NCBI GenBank assembly: GCA_016748015.1
Contig: JAAOMT010000664.1
Location: 380,715-444,714, forward strand
DNA length: 64,000 nt
Origin: Geosiphon pyriformis uo1
Taxonomy: Eukaryota > Fungi > Glomeromycota
Direction of reading: 5' to 3'
Program-made: the position numbers and the translations under genes
In this document: piece by piece, positions 40,901 to 54,200 of the stretch
Layout: each line of letters begins with the position of its first letter
Numbering within the stretch: the first letter of the stretch is position 1
Notes under the pieces: model-generated
The model's database searches: none
What the model saw: only the letters and a program-made list of their open reading frames with translations
Told to the model about the DNA's origin: nothing

Positions 40901-43046
40901 TGTCAAGAAATCTTTTGTCCAAACCAAATGAAAAAATCCTAACACTATTAAATCTGTTTATAATCTAAGATCTATTGCTAGACTTTAACTTTGTCTCAGT
41001 AATAATTGAAACCATATTTCCAGATTCCACATGCCAATGAACAATGTTCTTCTGTTTGGCAGAGACATTAATATTTCAAACATTGCATATAACAAACTTT
41101 CAGACAAGATTACTTATTGAGAAAACAGTTGAAGATTAATATTACCAGTCAGAACAAAACTATCAAAATGTGCTAACAGACTAAAAACCAAAGCAGAGAA
41201 ACTCTCAAACATATTTTCCAGTTTGACTATCTCAGGAAATAATAAAGAATCCAAGATTACAGCAGTTTTGCCACCAGTGGCCTCACCTAAACCCTCTTCC
41301 ATCACTATATTACCTATCTGATTCTGTAATAGGGGGGTTACCAGCAGCTGACTTCCAAAGCTAGGCTAGAAAACTGCTGACACAAATAACTCCAACTTCT
41401 TAGCCAACTTATTAATTTGTTTTATAAGACTGGCAAGACTGTGCTCTAAAACAGCGAATCTATTATCAAAGCTCTTTGTAACTAGAGAGATAAGTTTCAT
41501 CTTTAAAAAAGAACCAAATTTAACCAAGACATCATGCACAGAGAAAAGAGGAAAAAAAAACCCACCAGCAATCTGCACTCAAGAAAAACCTCCAAAAGAA
41601 ACAGGACAAGCAACTGGAGCTAAGCATTTGGAATAAATGGCAGCCAGTCTGCTTTTATTAGCATCCAAAAAAACTCTTTGCAGCAAGCCACCAAAAGAAG
41701 ATTTTCTATCAGAGACACAGTCCAAAAATATATAACCTGAATTTCCACACTTTGTATACACAGTAGAAACAAAACAAAACCATCAAAGATGAACACCCCT
41801 CAACACTAGTGTGGTTCCCATGATGGCATCCAATAATTCGGCTGACTTAAAACAAACAATAGTGTATCTGGCCTGAGTATATGTAACAGAATGACAATTA
41901 ATCACACACATTTTTTCATTTACAAAACCAATGAAATTCCAGATATTATAAGCATTGGTTTCTACAGGTAAAGTGTAAAGCAGCACTTTATGTTGGTCCC
42001 TCAGATCTCATGTTTTTTTGTCAAAATCTGCTCTGACCACATGAATAGCATTCTTTTCAATAAGAATAGACCACTTATTGGCCAAAAAATTAGCCTGATT
42101 TTGCTCTTCAAATTTAATAATCACTTTTTGCCATAGTTTTACCAATTGCATCTTGATCGACTTAATTATTCCAAATTTGGACACAGCAACACGTACAGCC
42201 TCAGCAGAAGTTCCAACTGGAATTTTTTTAACACCACAGTCTAATCTAAATGCCCAGTAAATTTTTTGAGATTGGCATTTATTACAATCTTTGCACCAGC
42301 AGTTTTTTCAGTGGCTTTTATCAAACCAGATTTGGAAGTAAACATTGCTCTAATAATACCTGAAAATTTTGAGAGGGTAGATGTCCTTCCAAAATTATTA
42401 ATTTCTGAAAATAATTTTCTGATCACCAAACATTTTTCTTGAGAAGTTTTTTTAGCAATTTTATTCAGCCCAAAGTGAAAGATTTGCAAACAAATACATT
42501 AACTAAATTTTTTAAGGATAGGGGGAGTTCCAAAGAAGTATTTGAGAGAACATCATTATCATTATTACCAACTGAGAAATTAATTTTTTCTAGAGACTTA
42601 TTCAGCACTGTCTTGGTTTTGATCTCAGAACCTTTAGACATTTGATTAGGATTTTCACCAGCAAGAGCATTATCTTCATTATAATCAAAACTGGTTTTCT
42701 TAACTAAACACTTTTCTTTTATGTTAATACTATCAGACTTAGTGGTGTTATCAGTTTCTGAATTCCATGAGTGACTATTCTGAACTTTAAGACCAAAACT
42801 CACACCACAGAACCATCTTCTAAAACTCCACCTCTTCTCTTTTTTCTTGGAAGCACAGGTCTGAAATCACTACCAGAACCAGAAACTTTAGCAGTCTTCT
42901 CTATAACAGCAATACTACAGCCAACAGTGGCCTTGTAGTCGAGAATAAAAGATTTAGATTTATTGTACTGAATTGTAAAAACTTCTTTTAGAAAAAACTT
43001 TTGGACTCTTTTTTGGGAATTTTAGATGAAAAAAAAAAAAGTTTTC

Positions 43047-43890
43047 TTAATTTTTTTTAATATTGTTATTTACTAAAATTTTTTTATTGATAACTATCTT
43101 CTTTGCTTTTTTTAAATTCAATTTTGATATAAAAGAAAATATAATTATTTCAGAAAATTTTGAGGAAGTTAATGTCTTCTTAAAACCATCAATATAATAA
43201 AAAATCTTTTTAATTAATAGCAACTTATCTTTAGTGATTTTGTTAAACACTGCAGAAAGCTTAACATTTAGTACAAAAAATTTCTTTAAATCAAAATTCT
43301 TAATATTTTTATTTCACAATTCAGCTAATGGCAATTTTTTGAAACCAACAAATTTAGGTGCTAAAAGCACTAATTTAGTATTATTATTACTTAAATCTTT
43401 AAAAAAGGGTGCATTTAATGATTGTTCTAAGACATATGTTCTTATTTATGTTTTTTGGAATTGTGTTATCTATTATATTATTTATTTTAAAGACATTAGA
43501 ATCTATGTAACTTGTTTCCTTAACAATCATATTTTTCATGTTTTTAATATTTAATACTTTATTAATACTGGTTTTTTTACTATTTATTTTACTATTCCAA
43601 AACTTCTTGTATCTATTTTTTTTAGCATATAATATGTTAACAAACAGAAAACCAGTTAATAATTTCACTATATTATTAATAACTTCAGGTTTTTTGGATT
43701 TTTTGTATAAAAAACTATGAAAATAAATACTTTTAACTTCCACTTTTTTTTTAGTGCTAAACTAGAGCTTTAATCCAGCCAAACCAAATCCAAAACTATT
43801 AGCAAACAAGCTTACTAGTTCTATAGCAACAAATAGAAATGTAAAAAAAGAAATAACTGCAAAAACAAAAGAGAAAAAAGAAAAAAAAAA
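43047..43890 (-). mobile_element. LINE copy C, 5' UTR and N-terminal ORF1 (highly AT-eroded)
   Basis: KETSYIDS and KIFYYIDGF..TSSKFSEII..KILVNNNIKK align with ORF1 of the other LINEs; continues at ~8519. Confidence 0.75.
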
Positions 43891-46800
43891 TCATATTTTT
43901 TTGATTACTCTATGCTCTCATTGTAATTAGAGAATCAATAAAAAAAAGAGTTCTATAGTTATATTGTAGTAAATAATACATATTAATAATAATTATTAAT
44001 AAATTATTTTTATATAAAATTTATATTTTAAGTTTTTTATTAAAATTAAAATTGCAAAATTTATTGTAATTTTAATTTTTTATTAAATAATTATGTTTTA
44101 AATTTTTAAATATTAATAGTTTATTATTATTATTATTATTAAAAAAAACTTCTTTCTTTTCTACCTTCAAAAATCCTTAAAAAGCACATTTTCTGAAAAA
44201 AAAGTTTTTTATTTTTTTCTGTTAGTTTTTTTTTTTCAACATTTTTTTAAACAATAACCCTTTTGTTGTGAATTTGAAGACTGCTTTGGGTGGTAATATG
44301 TCAAAAAAAAGGTGTCCAAAAGTGCTTTCAATGGTTCTGCTGGTGGTTCTTTCGCTCAGAAAAAAAAAATGGTTCTTGGCAATGTTAAACACTCTGGTGA
44401 TGAGAAGGATATTTCTTTGAGTAAATTTGGACCTGGTAATAGTGTGTACTCTGATGTGAATAGTCTGTCTGGTGATGATGAGGATGTTGGCATGACAGGT
44501 GTGAATGGAGAATCTTCTCTGGGTTCAGCTGTAACCACTCCCAAGGCAAAACATGTTAATATTGGTACAATGTTTGGCTCTCTGCTTGGCTCTCCTGATT
44601 TCACTATGGATAATGATAAAATTGTGCTTCTCTCTTGCTTGTCTATTTCTCTGGAAAAAAAGTAGATTGATTCAAAAATTATTAAGACTCCTGTAGAAGT
44701 GTCAGTAAGAGATCATTTACTTTAGATATTAATCTCTCAGCTGTGAAAGGAAAATCTGCAATGGCAAAAACTCAGTTAATTAGAAAATTTTTTTCAATGG
44801 TCAATGGTTTTGGGAGGGCCACTATCCCTTCAAAATTTGAAGGAATCATCTGATTAACATTTACTTTAGAAAAAAACATGGAAGTGGCCACATCATTGGC
44901 TAAAGAAAAAGGGATTGACATAAACAGCGATCTTAAGAGACAAGAAATGAGGTCAGATCAGGCTGTGGTGATCAAAGAAATTTCCATGGATACTTTTAAA
45001 GATATGATCATCGCCATAGTATCCGAATTTGGGAAAATTAAGTCGATCAAAATTCAACTAATTGGAATGTGGCAAAAAGCTGTAATAGAATTTGCTGAAT
45101 TGGGCCAAGCTGATTCATTAGTCTCTAAGTGGTCATTTCTGATTGGTAAGGATTCTGTGCAGGTAGCCAAAACAGTGGGAGATCATGAGACTTGGACATC
45201 AAAAAATCAGTTCAGGGCACTTTTATTTACTTTGCTGGTGCGAACAATGGCACATGATCTTGGAACTCTTCTTGATAAAGCTGGTGAGAACAATAACACA
45301 TAATCTTGGGACTCTTCTTGATAAAGCTGGTGGAAAAACTTGCATCATAAACAGGTCTCTGAAAACTGGTAATAGGATTTGTTGTGTTATTGTTGGTTTT
45401 GAATCTAACAATGATCTGGAATTTGCCTTTCGCACAGAGCCAATTCTTGGTGGTGTTAAACTTTTTTGGACATGAATGGATCTGTTTTGGTGTAAAAAGT
45501 ATGGGAAGTTTGGTCATTCTGCTATGGAATGTGATACACCCATTGCATCTCCATCCAAGCCTTTGAGAACATTTAAAAGGATTGCTTCTGATAGACATCA
45601 TCTTTAGTTGGCAAAGTTGTATGAAAAGAAAAGTGTTCCAATATCTCGCCTTACTGTCTTTGATGGCAAATTTTGGGCCCAGGTGGTTTCACTTGCTGGT
45701 CCTTCTGGTGGTCTTCATTTCAGTTCTGGTTCTAGTTCTAGTGCCTCTCTTTCTGGTGTCTCAGATTCAGACAGTAGTTCTTTTCTTGCTTTAGTCAATG
45801 ACTTTTCTTTGAATGTTTGTCTGGCCACTTTGGAATGCTCCTTGGAGCTCTTAATAGATTAGGTGTCTAATATATTAAAAAAGTTAGATGACATGGAACT
45901 GGTACCAAAGGCAACTTCTTCTGGTGTTTCTTCTCTGGCCACTCCTACCTCTTTGGTGCCACTTTTGGATGTGAATATAGTTTTGAAGAATACAATGTTG
46001 GTTTCTGTTTCTCATCTCTCAACTGCTGATGTTGTGATTCATGATTCTGGCTTAAGTTTTTCCAAGGTTTTGACCTCTAAGGTGAGTGGATTAGAATCAA
46101 AAATGGTAGCTTTTGAGGTCTCAATCAGTTCGGTTTTGAAAAGGTTGAATTATTTGTGTTTTGGTACAGGTTTTTTAGCTTCCCTTTTATCTCAATGAGT
46201 GGTTTGGTGTAGAAAGTGGCTATGTGTAATGTTTGAGGTCTCAATGTTCCTGCTAAGCAGGAAGATGTTGTTTGTTGGCATAAAAAGTCTGGGAATATGA
46301 TTTCTATCATTACAGAAATGAAATTGAGATCCAGTAGCAAGTTTTGGATTGCTAATAAGTTTGAGGGTGTGTGTGTTTTCATGTCTGGCTTAGATAGAGG
46401 TTTTTTGGGTGCTGAGATCACTGTGATTATGAACAATTCATTAGCTTGTCATGTGTCTAAGGTTAAAGAGATTCTTGGCTGGGTTATTTCAGTTCGGCTT
46501 TCATTTAAAGGCAAGTTTTCAGTCACAATTCTGGGTTTATATACTGGTGTTTCTTCTGGAACCAGATTTGCTCAAGCTTTAGAGGTAAACTCTATGATTG
46601 CAGAAGCTGTTAACTCTAGCATTTTCATGGTCTTGGGTGGGAATTTTAATAAGAATAGATCTAGGAGGAGTGTGACATTTAAGTTCTGTTTGGATCTGGG
46701 TTTGGTCAATTCATTTACCAATCATTATTTGGCAAAGAGCCCCACATAGTACAACTCATGGAGAATTGAAAAAACGATCAATTTTATTTTTATTGGCAGT

Positions 46801-48814
46801 AATCTTTCTTTTGCCATTACTGGGCATTGGATATGCTCTGTATCTGAATTTTTTGATATGGATCATGAAGCTGTTTTGGTTTCAATTGGCTTGGGTGAAC
46901 TCCTAGATATTCAGTTGAATAGCTTGCACAAACAAGCTAACAAAGATTGTTGGAAGTTCAAAATCAAAGATGCTGATGGCCCCAAGTGGACTGGATTTAG
47001 AAAGTGCCTTTCTGCTAAACTTTTGGCAGTTGCTAATGAATTTCTTGGTGCTGAAACTCATGGTAATGTGGATACTATGTGGGCAGTTTTGGAGAGAGTG
47101 ATGGTAGAGTTGGCTAACAAAACATTTTTGAAACATTGGTTTAGTGAATTTTATTGTTCTAGGAACAAACTTTCTTCTAAGTTCTTTGGTTTGGAATTGT
47201 TGGTTGTCAAGATTGTTAAAAAGTTTGGTTTAGATGATTTGCATAGCATTCATTGTCTTGTGAAGAAGTGGTCGAAGTTGGATAGTGTTAAGGCTCATGC
47301 TTTTGTTGACTTGGTTAGCTTGGGTGAAAAGTCTGAGGTGGTTTTTGGGCATTTGTCATTGGTCTGTAAAGAATACAGAAAATTAAAGATACATGAGTCA
47401 AAAGTGGCTGAGAAGGCTTCTATTAGATTGACAATCTCAAAACACATGGAAAATTTCTGTTTTAACAAAGACAGCATAATCAGGAGCATTTTGGATTGGC
47501 CTTTTTGCAAAGTAATTCTGGATTACTTAGTGGTAGATAATGAATTAATTTTGAAATCTGGGGAAGTGAAGCTCAATGTAGATAAGATCATGGAAAGTTG
47601 GACTAGGAAACAAGCAGTGTCTTTGGTAATGCCTGACCTCTGGGCTTGTTAATATGCTCTGTTGGATTATGTGCAGAATTGTGCCTTTTTGGCATGATAG
47701 ATGCTGTTAGTCTAAGCAAGCTGCTCTTGGTTATCAATGGTCTGCCTGATGGTAAAGCTGCTGGTTTGTCTAGCATCTCTAATAAACTTTGGAAGCATGG
47801 TGGCATTGAAGTGTTTGATTTTCTTTTGAGATTGTTGAATGCATATTTGGTGGTTAGTGGTGTTTCTGTTTTTTGGAGGAGGACTTGGGTCTCAATAATT
47901 TCTAAACCTTATGATTGGGACAGAATTCTTACAAATACATGATCTATAGCTTTGATTGAAACTGCCAGGAAGATTCTCTCTAAGATTTTTTCTGATAGGA
48001 TTTTTTCTGCATACAGCAAGTTTGGTGTTTTATGTGGTGACAACTTTTCTATTTTAAAGGGTACTTCTACCCAATTTCCTGTGTTTGCAGTTGGTTTGGT
48101 TATCAAAAATGCTCTTGAGAAAAATCGTGAACTTTGGTTGGTTCTCCAGAACATGTGTAAGGCCTATGATTCTGTGGGTTGACATCACTTGGAGGCTAGC
48201 TTGTGTTGAATCAAACTGTGTGATAGGCTCATTGGATTCTTTGGCAGCATATATGGTGATAAGATTAATAGAGTTATGACTGATTTCAGTCTTACTGATG
48301 AATACAGAGTGTGTGATGGATTGGATCAGGGTAAGGTCTTTTCACTTCTTCTTTGGAGAATTTTCTATGATCTCCTTCTGTATAAAGTCAAGAGACATGA
48401 GCATTTGTGTGGTTATCAAATTGACACTAAGTTGGTTGCAAGAACTAGTAGAATTGAGACTAGTGGCAGATTATCCTCTTTTTTTGCTGTTGGTGCATTT
48501 GTGGATAATACGATTTGGGTTAGTGATTGTCAAACATCAATGCAGTATACTTTGAATATTGCTAGTGAGTTTTTTGCAATTAATAACATTTCTATCAACA
48601 ATGAAAAAACTGTGGCCATTTCCATTAATTAAGGTATTAAGTCGTCTTCTTTGAGCATAAGTGGTCAGCCAATTTCAATAGCCAGGAAGGGTAAAGCTCA
48701 TAGATACTTGGGTATTTTTCTGTTTACTGAAGGGTTGTCTAAGCCAAGTATGGCCAAAGCTCATTTTGATGTGTGCTTTTTTGTTAATATAATACTAAAG
48801 AAGATTATTACCAA

Positions 48815-49725
48815 TGTTACAGGTGATTATTTGGGGTCTCAAATCAAATAACAAACCCGTAACTTGGTGCTCAATTGATATAATGTTGTTGGTAATATTT
48901 GAAGGTATTGTTATCTGAAGGTTTTGGTTGAGTCCTTTGTATAATGGACAGAGATTCAATAAGATTGATAGTGGTTGTATTCTCAAGTTGTTTTCCCAAT
49001 TTCTTTCTCAGCTTGGTGGCCAGATTTATTCTGGCAGTCGTGCCCTTTTGGTAAGCTATCTTATAATATATAATTCTACCCTTATTTCTGGGTCTTTTAC
49101 CAGGCTATCCATGATGTCAATAACTCAGCGCTTAATCCTTTTAATCAATTTAGTGAACAACAAAAGAAAATAAAATAAAATAAAGAAAATAAAAGAAAAT
49201 AAAGAAATAAGAAAATAAAATAAGAAATAAGTATCCTGTCAATAGCCATGATCAAAAGCTATTGTGCCAGCAGGTTAAGTAGTAGATAATAACATGGATT
49301 TGAAAATAATGGATAATTTCATTAATATGAGAGCGATTTCATTTCAAGTTATAGTATTCTATTTTTTGAAGGAAAGGTATTTAATAATTATGATTTTGCG
49401 AGTCTAATTGATTCTATGAGTCTAATTGACTCCGTGAATCAATTGACTCTAAGTCCCATTGACTAATTTTCTAACTTCTGATACTACTACTATATATACG
49501 TATTTGAGATTCTTTAATTTCTCAATTCTTCATGTCAGGAATCCTGGAATTCCTGGAATTCTGCAATTCCTTTGAGAGGAATCCTGGAATTCTGAAATTC
49601 TGTGATTCTTTGTGTAAAAATCCTACAATTCCTCTGAGAGGAATCCTGGAATTCCACATTTACTATGTCTACCTATGATTGGCTAATTTATATGCTAATA
49701 TACTTCCTATATTTTATGAGTAACA
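48815..49725 (-). repeat. Family-A solo LTR inside LINE B
   Basis: TGTTAC...GTAACA termini; TSD CCAA/CTAA; LINE reading KIIT|NKQF restored on removal. Confidence 0.92.
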
Positions 49726-51209
49726 CTAACAAGCAGTTCTCTTATTTGGTTTCAGCCATTTTACAGTCTATTGTTAGCTACAGAACCCAGTTTAGTTTTG
49801 TTTCATTGGGAGTTTGCCACAAATAGGATGCTATGATTAGAAAGAGTCTTAAATCTAAGACACACTTGTCACGTGATTTTCCAGTAGAAGCAGTGCATTA
49901 TTCTTTATTATATGGCTTGAAGTTGTTTGAGCAATTGCAGTCAGAGTGTAAAGTAGTTGCCATGGTTTTATTTGCCAATGCTTCTGGCGTTCTTGAACGT
50001 TTATTTAATTATAAATTTTTGGATTTGCAGGTTTTGGGTTGGGCTTTGATGAACCTTTTGCAGTTTTCTGTTAAGTTGCATATTAGTTTTGTAGACAATT
50101 TTTTGGCTGGTGTGGTCAAGATTTTTTTGGGTAATGAGCTGTCTTTAGCTAACAATTTGCTGAGTGCTTTCTGCAGTCTTGGTGTGTTTCCTGTATCTTT
50201 TGTGTTGAAAAATAATCTTTACTTTAGCTCAGTTTGTTTATTAAAACATTTTGGTATCACTTTTGGTAATAGACTATTGAATAAAAAAAGTCAGGTGATG
50301 GAATGGAAGATCTTCTGTCGTTGGAAGAAATTGGATCCGAGGAGTCCTATCCTTTTATGGTTTGTGACTGTTACAAAATTTTTGTTAGATATGGACTCTT
50401 CATTGGTTGTTTTTGCTGGGGCTGATCTTCTACCTGAGACAGATGTTCTGAATTCCTTAAAGTTCTCTGATATACAGAGTGAGTTGCACGAAATTTGGTC
50501 TAATTCGTTTGATGTCTACACAGATGGTTTGTTAAAAGACGCTGAGACTGCTGATGTTACTGGCATTGCAGCTGCATACTTTTCTTCTGTGAATCTAAGT
50601 GTTGGTGTTAGAGTTCGTGGTTTATTGTCTTCCACTCTGAGTTGCAGGTGGTTGCTTTGGTATTGGAGTGTGTCCCATCTTTTTGTGCTGTGGTATTGTA
50701 TCTTAACAGCCAGGCTGCCATTGATGCATATGTGTTTGAAATGTATCTGGCTGTACCTGACTTTTGTGTTCTGTGCTGGATAGAAAGACATCACATTTTT
50801 AATTTAATTAGAGATAAAGATTTTGTCATAAATTGGGTAAAAGTCAAGAGCCATTTTGGGATTGTAGATAATATGAAGGTGGATGCTGCTGCTGATTATG
50901 CTATGTGTTCTAAGTTTTCTTTGCCTGTTGGAGTGTGTAAATGTTTTTTGATGGCAGAAGACACAGTCATGTCTAACAATGCCCACTATTTTGTTAGAGA
51001 TGTGCTTCGGTCTATTTGTCATGCTTGTTGGGAGGCTGATCCTGGCCAGGATGTTGTTCTGAGTAATTTGGTTAGGTGTGTGGACTGGGATGTCATGGCT
51101 AAGGTATGGCATCTTGACTCCTATATGCTTGTTGGTTTTACTAGTCAGGAATCTTCTGATTTGTGTACATATCTGATGAAAGCTGTGCACTGACAGCTGT
51201 CTGTAGTGG

Positions 51210-54200
51210 TGTTACTCATAAAAATATAGGGAATATATATTAGCATAGTTATTAGCCAATCAGAAGTAGACATAGTAAAATGTGGAATTCCAGGATTTCT
51301 CTCAGGAATTGCAGGATTCCAGGAATTACAGAATTCTCACAAGGAATTGCAGAATTCCAGAATTCCAGGATTCCTCTCAAAAGAATTGCAGGATTCCTGT
51401 TGTGAAGAATTGAGGAATTGAGGAATCTCAATTATGTATATATAGCAGTAGGATTAGAAGCTGAAAGAAGGACCATCAAGTTTAGATTTCATCTAGACAA
51501 CCTTCCAAACCCAATAAATAACTATTTGGTATCTCAAACCTAATTCCACTATTAACACTTCATGTTGATAGTAATTGATACTTAAACCCACTGGAACAAT
51601 AGCTCTTAATTATGGCTATTGACAGTGTTATTCATAGAAATATAGGAAATATATTAGCATAATTATTAGCCAATCAGAAGTAAGCATAGTAAATGTGGAA
51701 TTCCAGGATTCCTTTTAGGAATTGCAGGATTCCAGGAATTTCAGGATTCCCAACGAGGAATTGCAGGATTCCAGAATTCCAGAATTCCTTTCAAAGAAAT
51801 CGCAGGATTCCAGAAATTCCAGGATTCCTGTCATAAAGAATCGAGGAATTGAAGAATCTCAATTATGTATATATAGCAGTAGTATTAGAAACAGAAAAAA
51901 CAGAATCGATACCACAGAATCTTTAGCTTAGAACCACAATCATTAAATAAATAATTATTTTATATCTCAATCCACTCCCCACTATTAACCCTTCATATTG
52001 ATAGTACTTGATACTTAACCATGCTGAAACAATAGCTTTTGATCACGACTATTAACAGGATACTAATCTGCAAATTGCCTTGGCTTATTTTTTTTCTTTC
52101 TTTATTTTCTTTTATTTCTCTTTCTTTATTTTATTTTGATTTGTTGTTGTATACTAATTGATTAAAGATTAAGCACTAAGTTATTGACGTCAAGGATAGT
52201 CTGGTAAAAGACCCAGAAATAAGGTTAGGATTTTATATATTATTGGATAGCTTACCAGAAGAGCATGACTGCCAGAATAAATCTGACCGCCAAGCTAAGA
52301 AAAAAATTGGGCATAATTGTGACTCCAAAAAAACTACTACCATCACCACTGAATCTCTGTCTATTATACAAAGGACTCAACCAAAACCTTCAGATCCATC
52401 AAAACCTTCAGATACAAAATCTTTAAATCACTATCAATGGCAATTAGCTTTGAGCACCAAGTTACAGGTTTGTTATTCAATTCCACAACAGAAATAATCA
52501 CCTGTAACAACGGAATACTGACTTGCAAAATTGCCTTGGCTTATTTATGATTTTTTTTTATTTCTTTTTTTTATTTTATTTTATTTTTTATTTTATTGTT
52601 GTGTACTAATTGGTTGAATAAAGTGCTAGATTACTGACATCAAGGATTGCCTGGTAAAAGACCCCTGCAAGAGGGTAGAACACATACAGAAGATACAGAA
52701 TACTTACCAGAGGATTACTGGTCATCACGCCAAAAGAAAAATTGATAGAATTGCGATTCTGGGAAGCTATAAATAAAACAACTATTGAATTTTTGTCTAT
52801 TATACAAAGAACTCAAACTGAAACCTTCAGATACAAAACCTTCAGATTAATAACATCAACGCAAATAACTTTTAGCACCAAGTTATGGGTTTGTTATTTG
52901 ATCCAACATCCCAAATAGTCACTCGTAACATTTGGTGCTTCCTGTAAGGTATAATCTTACAGAGAACCAGCACTAACAACTCCATCCAAAAGTGGCAGAA
53001 TCAAAAAACATTAGAGCAAACCATCTAAGATTCATGAAATCCTTATTTCAACATTACTGTCAACATTTGGAATTAACTTATAATCACATATCAGCAGAAT
53101 CAGCTTTCAATTTCTATGTCAATAAAAAGATTGCCTATCTGTTGGAAACATCCGTGAATATTAAATTAGTGAGAGAAACTTTTTACAATGAATTAATTCA
53201 AAACACCAGCCTACCCACAAATCATAATTTTGTATCCATCATCACTGAGATCAACAAAGAAATTGAACACCACACACAGCAAAGATACCCAATTACTTAC
53301 ACAAGTAAAGACAAAGAAAAACTACAAACACCAGCAGTAACACCTCAAAGGATACAACCACCCACTTGGAAGAAAACTAGGGTTGAGTTACCAAACAATC
53401 CATCCTACTACTATACCCCTAGAAGTGCCATCAATATATCATCAACAGATGTGTCCACATCAAATATGACATCAGCATTTGGACGTTTTACATTCCAAAG
53501 TAAACAAAAAAAAGAGGATCTATTAGGATTATACAGCGAGTATTTTGAAGGATTTAAATCTTTGATTACTAATGCCATCAGGATTTTAATCACTGCTACC
53601 TCAACTGAATTTCAGAATCGTGAGTCCTTGGGAAATTACTGAATCGGAAGGAAAACAAGAAATAGAAGAAAAAAAATCTGAAGATCAAGAATTTACTTAC
53701 CAAAACCCGATCCTAGAAAACCCAGAAATTAAAACCCCAAACTTTCAAACCCAGTCCAATTTAGACAATTCAGAAAACAATATTCTAAATATTCAAACCC
53801 CATCAAATCAGAACAATCCAAACTCCAAAATAATTAATCAACACTTACCTCCAGTTATCATCATCAATCAACCACCTGTTGAACTAATTGGCCAGCCCAT
53901 CCAACCACCGAACCAACAAAATCAACAACCACCACCAGTACTGCCCTAACAACAACAACTTCTACCACCACAGCAACAACAAATGACTTATGTACTCATC
54001 GCAAAACTTGACAAATTTAACAGTAAAGAAGACGATGCCCAAGTCTGGTTAAATGACGTAGCCAAAGCCATTACAGCCAATAATTGGGATAATGCTAGAG
54101 CGATGCAAGTGATCCCTTACTTTTTCCAGGATACTGCTGATGCATGATATTAAAGTCTCGCTATCAAATCCTAAAATTTTAATGGATTCAAAACTGAATT

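Larger units (their letters stand above)
8520..43046 (-). mobile_element. Full-length LINE copy A (~6.75 kb net), split into 8520-10739, 28398-29770 and 39891-43046 by two Gypsy insertions
   Basis: A-rich tail near 8520; Zn finger CLHC..HVFTC, RNase H (AELQAI..WFKVKEHSG), RT (GAFVDNTIW ~28680-28710), APE (VLGSDFNE, TIDYIF), ORF1 41114-42900; reading restored across TSDs (MVLYKAVSDKQF; AKAVMIK); likely TSD ATTAAAAAAA on the minus strand. Confidence 0.9.

Noticed and set aside
51722-51931. Short ORFs in LTRs and antisense to gag/pol (e.g. 51722-51931, 29770-29958, 38943-39221, 48928-49173)
   Set aside because: Not conserved in frame among LTR copies, or simply shadow frames of TE coding sequence
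52640-52730. CCTGGTAA...TTACCAGAG resembling hairpin-ribozyme helix 3
   Set aside because: Loop A/B consensus (AGAA, AGAAACA, GUAUAUUA, N*GUC) not found in the proper arrangement; no hammerhead CUGANGA/GAAA core either
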